Source: Octopus sinensis
Lineage: Eukaryota
DNA length: 64,000 nt
Direction of reading: 5' to 3'
NCBI RefSeq assembly: GCF_006345805.1
Contig: NC_042998.1
Location: forward strand, 195,114,001-195,178,000
Below are positions 12,756 to 24,381 of the stretch, piece by piece (position 1 is the first letter of the stretch; every line of letters begins with the position of its first letter). Both the position numbers and the translations under genes were made by a program. The notes under the pieces were generated by a model. The model did no database searches and was not told the origin of the DNA. It was given only the letters and a program-made list of their open reading frames with translations.

Positions 12756-12796
<41 letters not shown>

Positions 12797-12807
12797 GCTA
12801 TTTTCAG

Positions 12808-12876
12808 CCCAATGATTTTACAATGACTTCAATCTACCACAATAAGGGTTTCCTTCCTGAAGATGATGGACCACCA
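12808..12876 (+). CDS. Gene A exon (69 nt) PNDFTMTSIYHNKGFLPEDDGPP
   Basis: TTTTCAG acceptor, GTAAGT donor, phase 0-0, open frame. Confidence 0.8.
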
Positions 12877-13319
12877 GTAAGTAATACAAGAATTTGTATG
12901 TGGATATTAGAGGATGAGAAATTAACCTTTACCTCTTTTGGCACGGGTTCATTTAGTAATATGCTTCTTTCTTTATTGCTCTTTCTCTTCCTTTGTGTGT
13001 GTGTGTGTGTGTGTGTGTGCACGTGTGTTTGTGTGCGTGTATGTGTATATATATATATACATATATTGTCCTTACCTTCGAAACGCAGAGTAGATGAAAC
13101 AGGGACAACTGAAGAAGGAGAAGATTCTTTATGTTGTATGCCTTGTTTCTCTATTTTTTTGTTGTTGTTTGAAAAAAAGTTTGTTTTTCTATGTTTTTGT
13201 TTTTATGTTTTCGTTTCTCATTGTGTTCAATGTTTTTTTGATGTGCTGTACCCATATATGCATGTGTATATACATATATATGTAGGTATGTATATATGCA
13301 TACATTTATATATTATTTA

Positions 13320-13380
<61 letters not shown>

Positions 13381-13604
13381 GTATGTATTTATGTATTTAT
13401 GTATACATGTCATTATTCAGTTTTATTTCAAGCTTCTTGCCAATAGAGAAAAAAACAGTTTCTGACCTAGATCCAAGGCTCCTTCATTTGAATTTCAACA
13501 ACATCAGCAGGGTATTTTTGCTTGCATGCATGAATGCATGCATGCATGTGTGTATGTATGTATGTATGTATGTATGTATGTATGTATTTATGTATGAATG
13601 TATG

Positions 13605-14492
13605 TACAGGGTGTGGTGCATAAATTGTTGTCTAAATTATGCAAAAATGAAAATAACACTGACATCTCATTTTAACAGATATATTTACCAAAATTACATA
13701 AAAATATCTTGAAATACTAAAGAGTAAATTTCTTCAATAAAATCGCCATTGGCTCCAACCACGCCCTCCAGATGACTTCAGAATCTCCTGCAACACTTCT
13801 GGATGGTCTCCTTGTTTTAAGTTGGTGAATGCTGCCATAATCCTTGCCTTCAGTTCATCTTTGGTGTTGCAAGGGGTTTTGTTGGTCTCTCACTCAACTG
13901 CATCTCATATATAATAATGAAGGGAATTGCAGTCTGGGGAGTAAGGTGGCCAGATGCTAGGGGTGTTGTGGTTGCAGAAATTGTCTGACAACCACGGCTG
14001 GGTTCTCCTGCTTGTGTGGCATGGTGCAGAGTCCTGTTGCCAGACATAGGGTCTTCCAGCAGCCACCCTCTTGACCCAGAGCAGCATTACCTTCTCCAGG
14101 CACTTGATGTAGGCATCTGTGTTGAATGTGATGCCATGTGGGAAGATGGAGGCATAACCTCACCATCACTAGTGATCACTCCGAACATCATGATGTTGAC
14201 TAGATGTTTGATTTTTATCACTCTCTGTACATGTTGTGAGATTGCACTGTCCTCCGATTCACACCTAAACACTCTGAAATGTTTGTATTGCATCTTCCAA
14301 CATGAATGCCAAGCAGTACAGCAAGTCGCTTCCAAATTGCTGGTAGAGTGAATTGCGTCATGGTGCTGTTTTTCTCACAGATGGTGCCTAATTGACCCTA
14401 CTATACTGTGTAGTTGACAAAATCAAAAACAAGCAATGACATATGTGAAATTAAAAACAAAAAATCGTGACAATTTACCCATCACACCTTAC
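13605..14492 (-). mobile_element. Decayed Tc1/mariner (maT/DD37D-like) transposon
   Basis: Broken frames WQQDSAPCHTSR and WPPYSPDCNSLHY; degenerate TIRs starting TACAGGGTGT. Confidence 0.75.
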
Positions 14493-15148
14493 ATATATTT
14501 AAGTTTGTCCATTCAGTCATTCTGTTTTACATCTGTTTTACTTTGTAAGCATGGCTCAGATGAGGCATGCTCAATTTGATTTTCTCTTTCTGAATGCTCT
14601 TCATGCTGCCAACTTTTACCTGTTTGCCAAATAAGACATTTTTTATTTCCATTGGTCTTCTCACATTAAAAGCTGAAGAAATTTTGGGACATTTTATGAG
14701 AATGACATCCACACACAAGCGCGCAATAACATATATCTTTGCATCAGGCAGGGGTACCACTGATGCTCTCTTCATATTGGTTTCAAGTTTTGGCACATGG
14801 CCAGCAGTTTGTTTTGTAGGGGGGGGAGCCAAGTCAATTAAATCAACCTCAGTGCTCAACTGGTACTTATTTTTATCAACCGCGAAAGGAAGAAAGGCAA
14901 AATCAACCTTGGTAAGAATTTGAATTCAGAACATAGAAACGGATGAAATGCTGCTAAGCATCCTGCCCAGTGTGCCAATGGTTCTGCCAGATCACCACCT
15001 TACTCTCACTTCATATTGACACGATTGCAAGAGAACTTCTTAGCCGTGTCTAGGCTTCTCTGTTCTTCTGGAAGCTGAACCTCACAGAGAAGTAAAGCAA
15101 CCCATGGAAGGAAAATCAGTCATAAAAAATAATAATGATGATGATGAT

Positions 15149-15548
15149 AGGCGCAGGAGTGGCTGTGTGGTAAGTAGCTTGCTAACCAACCACATGGTTT
15201 TGGGTTCAGTCCCACTGCGTGGCATCTTGGGCAAGTGTCTTCTGCTATAGCCCCGGGCCAACCAATGCCTTGTGAGTGGATTTGGTAGACGGAAACTGAA
15301 AGAAGCCCGTCGTATATATGTATATATATATATGAGTGTGTGTGTGTCTGTGTTTGTCCCCCTAGCATTGCTTGACAGCCGATGCTGGTGTGTTTACGTC
15401 CCCGTCACTTAGCGGTTCGGCAAAAGAGACCGATAGAATAAGTACTGGGCTTACAAAGAATAAGTCCCGGGGTCGATTTGCTCGACTAAAGGCGGTGCTC
15501 CAGCATGGCCGCAGTCAAATGACTGAAACAAGTAAAAGAGTAAAGAGT
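15149..15548 (+). mobile_element. tRNA-derived SINE family A; copies at 2514-2929, 5654-5731, 10072-10460, 23038-23404(-), 36848-37002(-) and 58227-58627
   Basis: Pol III A/B-box-like head (TGGCTGTGTGG...GGTTCAGTCCC), internal (TA/TG)n, GTAAAAGA-repeat tail; multiple copies in the window. Confidence 0.85.
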
Positions 15549-15559
15549 ATGATAACACT

Positions 15560-16522
15560 GTCACTGCTGTTGCTGCTGCTGCTGTCACTGGCGCTGCCGT
15601 CGCTAGCGCTGCCGTCGCTGGTGCTGCCGTCGCTTGCACTGCCGTCGCTAGCGCTGCCGTCGCTAGCGCTGCCGTCGCTCACGCTGCCACTGCCGCTGCC
15701 GTCGCTTGCGCTGCCGCTGCCGTCGCTCACGCTGCCGTGGTTGGTGCTACCGTTGATGGTGCTGCCGTTGATGGTGCTGACGTCGCTAGCGCTGCCGTCG
15801 CTTGCGCTGCCATCGCTGGCGCTGCCGTCACTGGCCCTGCTGTCGCTGGTGCTTCCGTTGTTGGTGCTGCAGTCGCTGGCCCTAACGTCGCTGGCGCTGC
15901 CGTTGCTGGCGCTGCCGTTGCTGGCGCTGCCGTCGCTGGCGCTGCCGTCGCTTGCACTGCCGTCGCTAGTGCTGCCGTCGCTGGTGCTGCCGTCGCTTGC
16001 ACTGCCGTCGCTAGCGCTGCCGTCGCTCACGCTGCCACTGCCGCTGCCGTCGCTTGCGCTGCCGCTGCCGTCGCTCACGCTGCCGTGGTTGGTGCTACCG
16101 TTGATGGTGCTGCCGTTGATGGTGCTGACGTCGCTAGCGCTGCCGTCGCTTGCGCTGCCATCGCTGGCGCTGCCGTCACTGGCCCTGCTGTCGCTGGTGC
16201 TTCCGTTGTTGGTGCTGCAGTCGCTGGCCCTAACGTCGCTGGCGCTGCCGTTGCTGGCGCTGCCGTTGCTGGCGCTGCCGTCGCTGGCGCTGCCGTCACT
16301 GGCACTGCCGTCGCTCACACTGCTGTCGCTGGTGCTGCCGTTGATGGTGCTGCCGTCGCTAGCACTGCCGTCGCTGGCGCTGCCGTCACTGGCCCTGCTG
16401 CCTTTGCTGGTGCCGCCGTCACTGGCCCTAACGTCGCTGGCACTGCCGTCGCTTTCGCTGCCGTCGCTGGCGCTGCCGTCGCTTGCGCTGCCGTCGCTGG
16501 CGCTGCCGTCGCTGCCACCACT
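15560..16522 (+). repeat. 15-bp GC-rich minisatellite (CTGGCGCTGCCGTCG) with a 348-bp higher-order duplication
   Basis: Marker CCTAACGTCG recurs at 15881 and 16229; CACGCTGCCACTG recurs at 15680 and 16028. Confidence 0.95.
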
Positions 16523-16561
16523 ACTGATGATATATGTGTTTATTTATATTTTCCTTTTCAG

Positions 16562-16969
16562 CAAAGTGAAATGGTAGTTTATTCTACATCTCACGGAGGA
16601 AATTCTGGATTTCAAGGCGGAAATTCTGGATTTCAAGGCGGAAATTCTGGATTTCAAGGAGGAAATTCTGGATTTCAAGGAGGAAACTCTGGATTTCAAG
16701 GAGGAAACTCTGGATTTCAAGGAGGAAACTCTGGATTTCAAGGAGGAAACTCTGGATTTCAAGGAGGAAATGCTGGATTTCATGATAGACTATTTGAAGA
16801 GGAAGATTTGAAGAATAGTGGTGGAAATATCAATGGTCAGCACGAGGAAATTGCTATGGCTGGCCTTGGTAACAGTGGACATAGCAGAAAGAGTTTGCGT
16901 AGCAGAAACAATAGCTTTGGTCAACGTGATGAAATGCTCCAAGGTGGACTGAGCAACAACGGTGCCCCT
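16562..16969 (+). CDS. Gene A exon (408 nt) with GGNSGFQ repeats, cytoplasmic tail
   Basis: TTCCTTTTCAG acceptor, GTAAGT donor, phase 0-0, 136 open codons. Confidence 0.85.
16595..16783 (+). repeat. Coding 21-bp tandem repeat, (GGNSGFQ)x8 + GGNAGFH
   Basis: GG(A/C)GGAAA(T/C)TCTGGATTTCAA units; variation among the first eight is synonymous only. Confidence 0.95.
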
Positions 16970-17479
16970 GTAAGTTACGTTATGATGCGTTTAGTTCACT
17001 TGTAGTGAACGATTCATCACTTTACTCAGTAGGTTCTTCTCACCTGCAAAGTTTACATCATTTCTTTGTTATTGCATTAGAAAAATTTATGTTTGACATA
17101 ATCCATATTGCTTCTGCACCAAGTAGTGAAAATATAAAACAGTAATTAACAAGATTCATCTGTCAAGATTGTGGGTACAAGATTATCCAAAAACTTAGTC
17201 AGTGGTGATATGACAGAACTGTAGGGAACATCTAAACACTATAGAGCTTAAATCCTTAAATCCTTAAAAATGTTTTAGCCTGAAGGCCGCGGCCATGCTG
17301 GGGCACCACCGCTAATTAAGATATAAAAACGATAATTAAGATATAAAAAGAAAATTAGTGAGGAAGGCATTTCAGAGTCACTGAAAGCCACAGAATGGTC
17401 AGTAGTCCTGGTAAGGCACTGGCTGATGTGGAAATTTGAAATCTATCTAACCCACGCACAGCTTGAGAAAAACACTTCT

Positions 17480-17910
17480 GTGGTAGTTACTGTCATGGTC
17501 AGGGTTATGATGATGGTTGTTGTTATGGTGGTGCAGTTGTTGTTGTTGTTGTTGGTGGTGGTGATGGTAATAGTTGTGGTTGTTGTGGTGGTGGTGGTGG
17601 CGGTGGTGGGTGATTTTGGTAGTGGCACTGGTAGTTGTTGCAATGAATGTGGTGGTAATGGTGGTGATGTTTGTAGTCGTGGTGGTGTTTGTGGTGGTGG
17701 TGGTGGTGGTGGTGGTGATGGTAGCGGCAGTAGTGTGTAAAATCATGACTCTTGAAAGTGACACAAATGCCAACCACCACCACCACCACCACCACCACCA
17801 CCACCACCGCCACCACCACCACCACAACCACCACCACTACCACCACCACCACCACCACCACCACCACCACCACCACCACCACCACCACCACCACCACCAC
17901 CACCACCACC
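17480..17910. repeat. (GGT)n-rich tract followed by (CAC)n tract
   Basis: Directly visible. Confidence 0.9.
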
Positions 17911-18770
17911 TCTTTGCCTTTGGAACAATCATGGATGAGTCATGTTGTGTGGTGAAGAATTGTGCACCGTTCTCATCACTGGAAGCAAATCTTTGCACAG
18001 ACTTTGACCCATCTCGATCCATCTCATATATGGAATGATTATAGTTGAAATCTTTGATCATACGTCTGGTCAATCATTGCAGACCTGGGGCTAAACGACA
18101 GCCATAACAATACATGTTATCAAGCTGTTGTTGTGGCAACAGCACTCTCTGCCATAAGATCAGGCATAGTTGTGTGGTTAAGATGTTCACCTCACAACTG
18201 CATGATCATTGCATGGCACCTTGGGCAAGTTTTTTTTCTACCTTTGTCTTGGGTTGTCTAACTCATTGTAAATTGAATGTGTGTGTGTGCATGTGTGTGT
18301 GTGCATGTGTGTGTATGTATGTGTGTATCTGTATCTCTTTCACTGCATATTGGTGAAAGATTTAAACAGACTAGGTAAATGAAGAGCTCATGATTTTCAG
18401 TTGAAGGTCTTTACAATATTTTCTTGGCATTATCTTGCACACACTTCTTTGTTATAGTCACCATCAAAAATGTAGTGAATCAGTCATTGGTCTGTTAGAA
18501 AACTGAACCAAACAAACTATTGTTTACCAAATTCCAATGTAATATAAATATAAATATAAATATCAATGACAACAAAACCATAAGAAATATCAACAATAGA
18601 AACAAAATCGATAATAATTATCTTAGTTCATTTAATCTACTCAAATTAACTTACCTGGATCATTCAGCTGATTGCTCTTCTAAGACTATAGAGGTGTTAT
18701 TCTATAGGGATTACTTCAATAGTATTAAACAAGGCTAATTCTACCCGCTGTTCCTCTTTCTGTTTTACAG

Positions 18771-18872
18771 CCCATTATATTCACCTTTGATGAGGCCCCC
18801 CCTGATGGTAATGCAATGTCACAAGAGAACCTGCACATGTCAACTTCGGGTGGCAGTCATGGCAGAGATTAT
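18771..18872 (+). CDS. Gene A exon (102 nt) PIIFTFDEAPPDGNAMSQENLHMSTSGGSHGRDY
   Basis: Pyrimidine tract + TTACAG acceptor, GTAAGT donor, phase 0-0. Confidence 0.85.
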
Positions 18873-19650
18873 GTAAGTCCTATGCTTTCGGCGCAACAAT
18901 AACGGAAATAGATTTTTGATACAGTATCAGGAATTTTGATACAATATCATTCAGGAGAGAAAGAATATGCATGCATATACATATATATACAGCTATACAG
19001 ACAAATATATATATATATGTGAGTGTGTGTGCATGTATGCGCGCGCATATATCATCATCATCATCATTATCATCGTTTAATGTCCGTTTTCCGCGCTAGC
19101 ACGGGTTGGACGGTTCGACCGGGGTCTGGGAAGCCAGGGGCTGCACCAGGCTCCAGTCTGATCTGGCAGTGTTTCTACAGCTGGATGCCCTTCCTAACGC
19201 CAACCACTCCGTGAGTGTAGTGGGTGCTTTTTATGTGCCACCTGCACAGGTGCCAGGGGTGTCCAGCATCGGCCACGATCAGTTGGAGCTTGTGCGATAG
19301 GGGTTATGGTGTAACCCACTATGGGATATCAGTTATCCAATATACTGCCAGTGAAGTACCCAAAAGGCTAATACATAAATGCTTACAATTGCAATGCAAT
19401 TAGTTCATTTATTGTATTATATGGGCGAAGGTAAAAAGTTTTACCTCAAATTCATAATACAAAATAAGAAAATGGAGGAATAGATTCTTTCAATCATCAA
19501 CTTACAGATAATACCAATTCATAAGTTGATGATTGAAAGAATCTATTCCTCCATTTTCTTATTTTGTATATATATATATATATATTGATAAAAACGGTAA
19601 GATAACAAAAGAAAGAAAGAGACCTCGATATTATGTAAATAGAGGAAATG

Positions 19651-19851
19651 TATCTGTAAATGTAATATGTGACAATTATTTGGTAGCCAAGATAAAACTC
19701 TGAGTTTCGGATGCTGAAGTGGACATCCACGCCACCATCTCTTCAGTTATGGCCGGATAACTGAAGAGATGGTGGCGTGGATTTTCACCTCGGCATCCGA
19801 AACTCAGAGTTTTATCTTGGCTACCGAATAATTGTCACATATTACATTTAC

Positions 19852-19856
<5 letters not shown>
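19651..19856. mobile_element. Fold-back palindrome (about 100-bp arms) carrying hammerhead-like cores; probable Penelope-like inverted pLTR remnant
   Basis: Arms are reverse complements; CTGAAGA...GAAAC core at 19756-19816; second copy at 54689-54888; lies in (TA)n. Confidence 0.6.
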
Positions 19857-19901
<45 letters not shown>

Positions 19902-19912
19902 TATACACACAC

Positions 19913-20840
19913 CATGACCCAGACTTCATGAAAACTATTATCACTAGTGATGAGACATGAGTTTATGGTCTCTGCTTGATTTGTTCACTCATCTTATGTG
20001 AAAGAAAAATCCAACATCATGCACTACATGTCTTAATTCTAAGCTAATATAAAGCCAGGAATCTGATGCAGCCTACCAGAGCAAAAATCTACATGCGTGC
20101 GCAAGAAGGGTGGCATCACCTGTTACCCGAAGGATTTTGTGCTTATGGAATTAGTTTAGACAGGAAAAATTAAAGTCAGATAGTTATTGAATGCACCTCA
20201 TGTATATATATGTGTGTGTGTGTTTGTGCATACTGCATGTATCATCATTATCATCATCATCATCATCATCATTTAACATTCGTTGTCCATGCCATCCAAC
20301 TCATGCCGGCATGGACAATGGACATTAAATGATGACGATGATGATGATAATAATACATGTAGTATGCTCAAACACACACACACAAATATGAGGTGTGTTC
20401 AAAAACTGACTTGAATTTTTCCTAGCCAAACTAATTCCATGAGCCCAAAATCCTTTGGGTGGAAGGCGATGCCATCCTTCTAGCGTACGCATGTAAATTT
20501 TTGCTCTGGTAGGCTGTGTCAATTCTTGGCTGTTACACCTAGAGTACAGACATGTAGCGCATGCTTGTTGAATTTTCGTTTTCACATAAGGTAAGTGAAC
20601 ATGTCAAGCAGAGACCATAAAGCCATCTCTCATTAGTAATGATGATAGACATCATAAAGTCTGGGTCGTAGTTTTGCATAGTCCAGTGAGTCCTGAGCGA
20701 TTTCCAAGCAGAGTTGCTTCTACTGCTACCTTAGAACCTTGGGAATTCATTTTGCCATCACCTTCTGCATTCACAAATCTCCATTAAAATCGATTGCACC
20801 GATCTTGTGCTTATTCCCACTTTGTGAGCAATTTTCTGGG
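19913..20840. mobile_element. Mariner relic present as an inverted duplication
   Basis: IITSDET*VYG (first catalytic Asp motif) at about 19937; the reverse-complement copy spans 20308-20669 and extends to about 20840. Confidence 0.65.
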
Positions 20841-22771
20841 TTGTTATATGTTCAAATTCCGCCGAGGTCAACTTTGCCTTTCATCCTTTCAGGGTCGATA
20901 AATTAAGTACCAGTTACGCACTGGGTCGATGTAATCGACTTAATCCATTTGTCTGTCCTTGTTTGTCTCCTCTGTGTTTAGCCCCTTGTGGGTAGTAAAT
21001 AAATAGGTATGTGCATGATTATCAGAGACTACATGAATATAAATATGTGTATGGATATCAGTGCATGCACAAATATCAGTACGTACATAGATATCAAGGG
21101 ATGTACAAAAATTATCAGGGAATCTGCAATCATCAGTAATATGCAATTACGAGTAGGTGTGGAAATACCAGTAAATTCGATTGCTAGTATATTGGCATGT
21201 GCGCGATTATCAATGGCTATATTAATATAATATGTATATAGATATCAGTGGGTGCGCGAATATCAGTATGGACACAGATATCTCTGGGTATGTTAATATC
21301 TGTGGCTGTGGGATCATCAGTGGGTGTGCCACTAACTGTGGTTGCACAACAGCCTTCTCATGTCTTTGATTTTCAATGTTTGTGTTTTGCTGTCATCCGA
21401 CATAGTATCATACTATCTACCTTTCACTTAAAGACTGATTCCATTTGCTATCAGCAGAAATAGTAGCACCATGAACTTTCTTCACCCTGTTCTTAGCCTG
21501 TTTCAGAGCATGCACCGTTTTTGTTAATTAGGTTACCTAAGTAAGAGAAGTTATCAACTAATACTGTGGACGTGTTAGTATCTAAAAGAATTCCTTTTAC
21601 AACTGCTGACTATTCCTGTGCGTCCTCAACTTATAAAGTCTGTCTTGTTTGTCATCCAGTCTGTCATCCTTCTGGATCTCTTGTGCACTGGAAGTTTACA
21701 CTTGCTGCACTGTGGAATTCTTTTGAACTCCTTTTCTGCATACCAGGCATGTCCACTTCCTGAATGGCAGAAGCAAGTAATTTTCTTTCCTGTCAGAACT
21801 TTTATCTTTGCTAGATTTACTTTGCAGACTCTTGATTCTAGAAACATTTCTGTAAAGTCTCCCATTCCTGTTGTCACCCTATTTGCTATCATCTTATCAT
21901 CATCATTTCCAACTTAAGATGATGAAGATAATCATTAACACTTATCTGAAATCTCTTCCCCTTCTCAATTACTACAGTTATGTCTCTTGTAAAACCAGAT
22001 TTACTGGAGATCTAATCTCTTATTGTCACTCACCAGTAGGTCCTCACCATCAAGAAGTTGGATGAAAACAGTGTTGTTGACTTAAATATCAGCAAAGCTT
22101 TTGGCCATATGTAAACATGAATCTATTTACAGCACTTCCCATCTTAGGCTCTTAATCTTTTGTCACTCGGATAAATATCTTCCAATTTGCACCATTGTGG
22201 TACATACTGAGGTAACTCTCTCTTATCCACACTTAATCATCTGTGATGTGCTCCAAGGTTCAATTCTATTCCCTTCACTCTTCAGTCAAAACATGAACCA
22301 TCTATTTGCAGTCGCTCCATCCCTCTGAGCATGAACTGCATGGAATTAGAACCTTCAAACTCAGGGCTAGTGCCTAGATATTTAGTGGCCTAGGCCTGTC
22401 CTATAATATGTTCCCCTTCTCATAACTTGACAATATGCTCCTTTTCCCATTCCAATAATATGTACCTCTTTCTCCCATCCTACATGGTACATCCTTTTCT
22501 CCCAGTCCTGCAATGTACTCTTTCTTCTTCCAATCCCACAATGTAATTCCCCTTCTCTCAGCCTTACAGTGACTATCCCTCCTTTAATAATTTTTTCTAC
22601 AAATTCTTCCAGTGGGCACCTTCTTTACATTCCCTTCTTGCATATGTTTTTTTCTTTGTGACCATTGACTTGGGGGCTTTTGAAGAAGTACGTTAACTGC
22701 ATCAGTTGCACTGGTTTCAAACCAGTCTAATCAAAATATAAATAAAAATTAATATTTAATATTTTTTACAG

Positions 22772-22855
22772 CCAGATCAATTCATGTATGATGCAGTTTC
22801 TCGACGTCCTGATACCCCTGCACCTTATTCTGAGAGGAATAGTCGCAGGAGTGGA
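22772..22855 (+). CDS. Gene A exon (84 nt) PDQFMYDAVSRRPDTPAPYSERNSRRSG
   Basis: TTTTTTACAG acceptor, GTAAGT donor, phase 0-0. Confidence 0.85.
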
Positions 22856-23829
22856 GTAAGTGGAATCTTAAAACATCTGCATCTGTAGATTTCATTTTGT
22901 AGTGACGACTTAGTGATTGGTAGATTTCTTACTTTAAATAGTTAAGACTGTTTAGTGTTCAAGTGGGGAAATATTCCAGTTTAAATAGGGTAAATGATAG
23001 CTTATATTGAAAAACTTACAAAAAATTTTTATATATTTTACTTGTTTCAGTCATTAGACTGTGGCCATTCTGGGGCGCTACCATAAAGAATTTTTAGTCG
23101 AATGAATCAACCTCATTATTAATTTTTTTAAAGCCTGGTGCTTATTCTCTTGGTGTCTTATACTGAACTGCTAAGTTATGGGAACATAAACACACCAACA
23201 CTGGATGTCAAGCAGTGGTGTGAGACAAAAACAAACACAGATATATAAATGGCCTCTTTCAGTTTCCATACACCAAATCCAGTCACAAGGCCTTGGTTGG
23301 CCAAGGCTATAGTAGAAAACACTTGCCCAAGGTGATGTGTAGTGGAACTGAACCTGGAACTGTGTGGTTGGGAAGCAAAACTCTTACCACACAGCCATGC
23401 CTGCATTTTGTTGATGTAACTAATATTATTTACAGTGTAGAGGCGCAATGGCCCAGTGGTTAGGGCAGCGGACTCGTGGTCATAGGATCGCGGTTTCGAT
23501 TCCCAGACCGGGTGTTGTGAGTGTTTATTGAGCGAAAACACCTAAAAGCTCCACGAGGCTCCGGCAGGGGATGGTGGTGGTCCCTGCTGTACTCTTTCAC
23601 CACAACTTTCTCTCACTCTTACTTCCTGTTTCTGTTGTACCTGTATTTCAAAGGGCCGGCCTTGTCACTCTCTGTGTCATGCTGAATATCCCCGAGAACT
23701 ACGTTAAGGGTACACGTGTCTGTGGAGTGCTCAGCCACTTACACGTTAATTTCACGTACAGGCTGTTCCGTTGATTCGGATCAACCGGAACCCTCATCGT
23801 CGTAACCGACGGAGTGCAAAGAGAGATTA

Positions 23830-24170
23830 TTTATAGTATAATGTTTTATTAATATAAATATTACTTACAATATAAAGTTTTTGTTAATTTAAATAATATT
23901 ACTTACAAAATAATGTTTTGTTAATATAGTATTACTTACCATTTAAAGTTTTTCTTAACGTGAATAATGTTACTTACAATATAATATAATATATCACTTA
24001 CAATATGTTTTGTTAATATAAATGATATTACCTACTATATAAGATTTACAATATAAGGTTTTGTCAATGTAACTCTTAATATATAACATTTATTTCATAA
24101 AGTTTTCTTTATATAAATGCCATTACTGACAAGATATTACTTACACTATAAGGCTTTGTTGATATAAATT
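23830..24170. repeat. Degenerate AT-rich tandem repeat, about 38-bp unit
   Basis: Recurrent ATATTACTTACAATATAA(A/T)GTTTT(T/G)TTAAT. Confidence 0.7.
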
Positions 24171-24381
24171 TCTATTTTGTCATTATCATAATTTTATATT
24201 GTATTTTTTTTTTTTTACATATTACTGATGTTTAAATTACAGTGGTAAAGAGATGAAACTAAGATTAAGGAGTTCCAGATATTTGTACATTACTGCATAT
24301 ACTTTATACACACTTTCTGACAAGTTGTGGTGCACCTGAGCACTGTATACAATAATTTCATTATTATTATATTATAAATGA

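Noticed and set aside
15372-16577. 401-aa LPSLA-repeat ORF, and the antisense SDGSA ORF, as standalone genes
   Set aside because: The ORF begins inside a SINE and is simply the translation of a stop-poor 15-bp minisatellite.
17426-18073. Poly-His/Val/Gly/Thr ORFs
   Set aside because: Translations of the (GGT)n and (CAC)n tracts.
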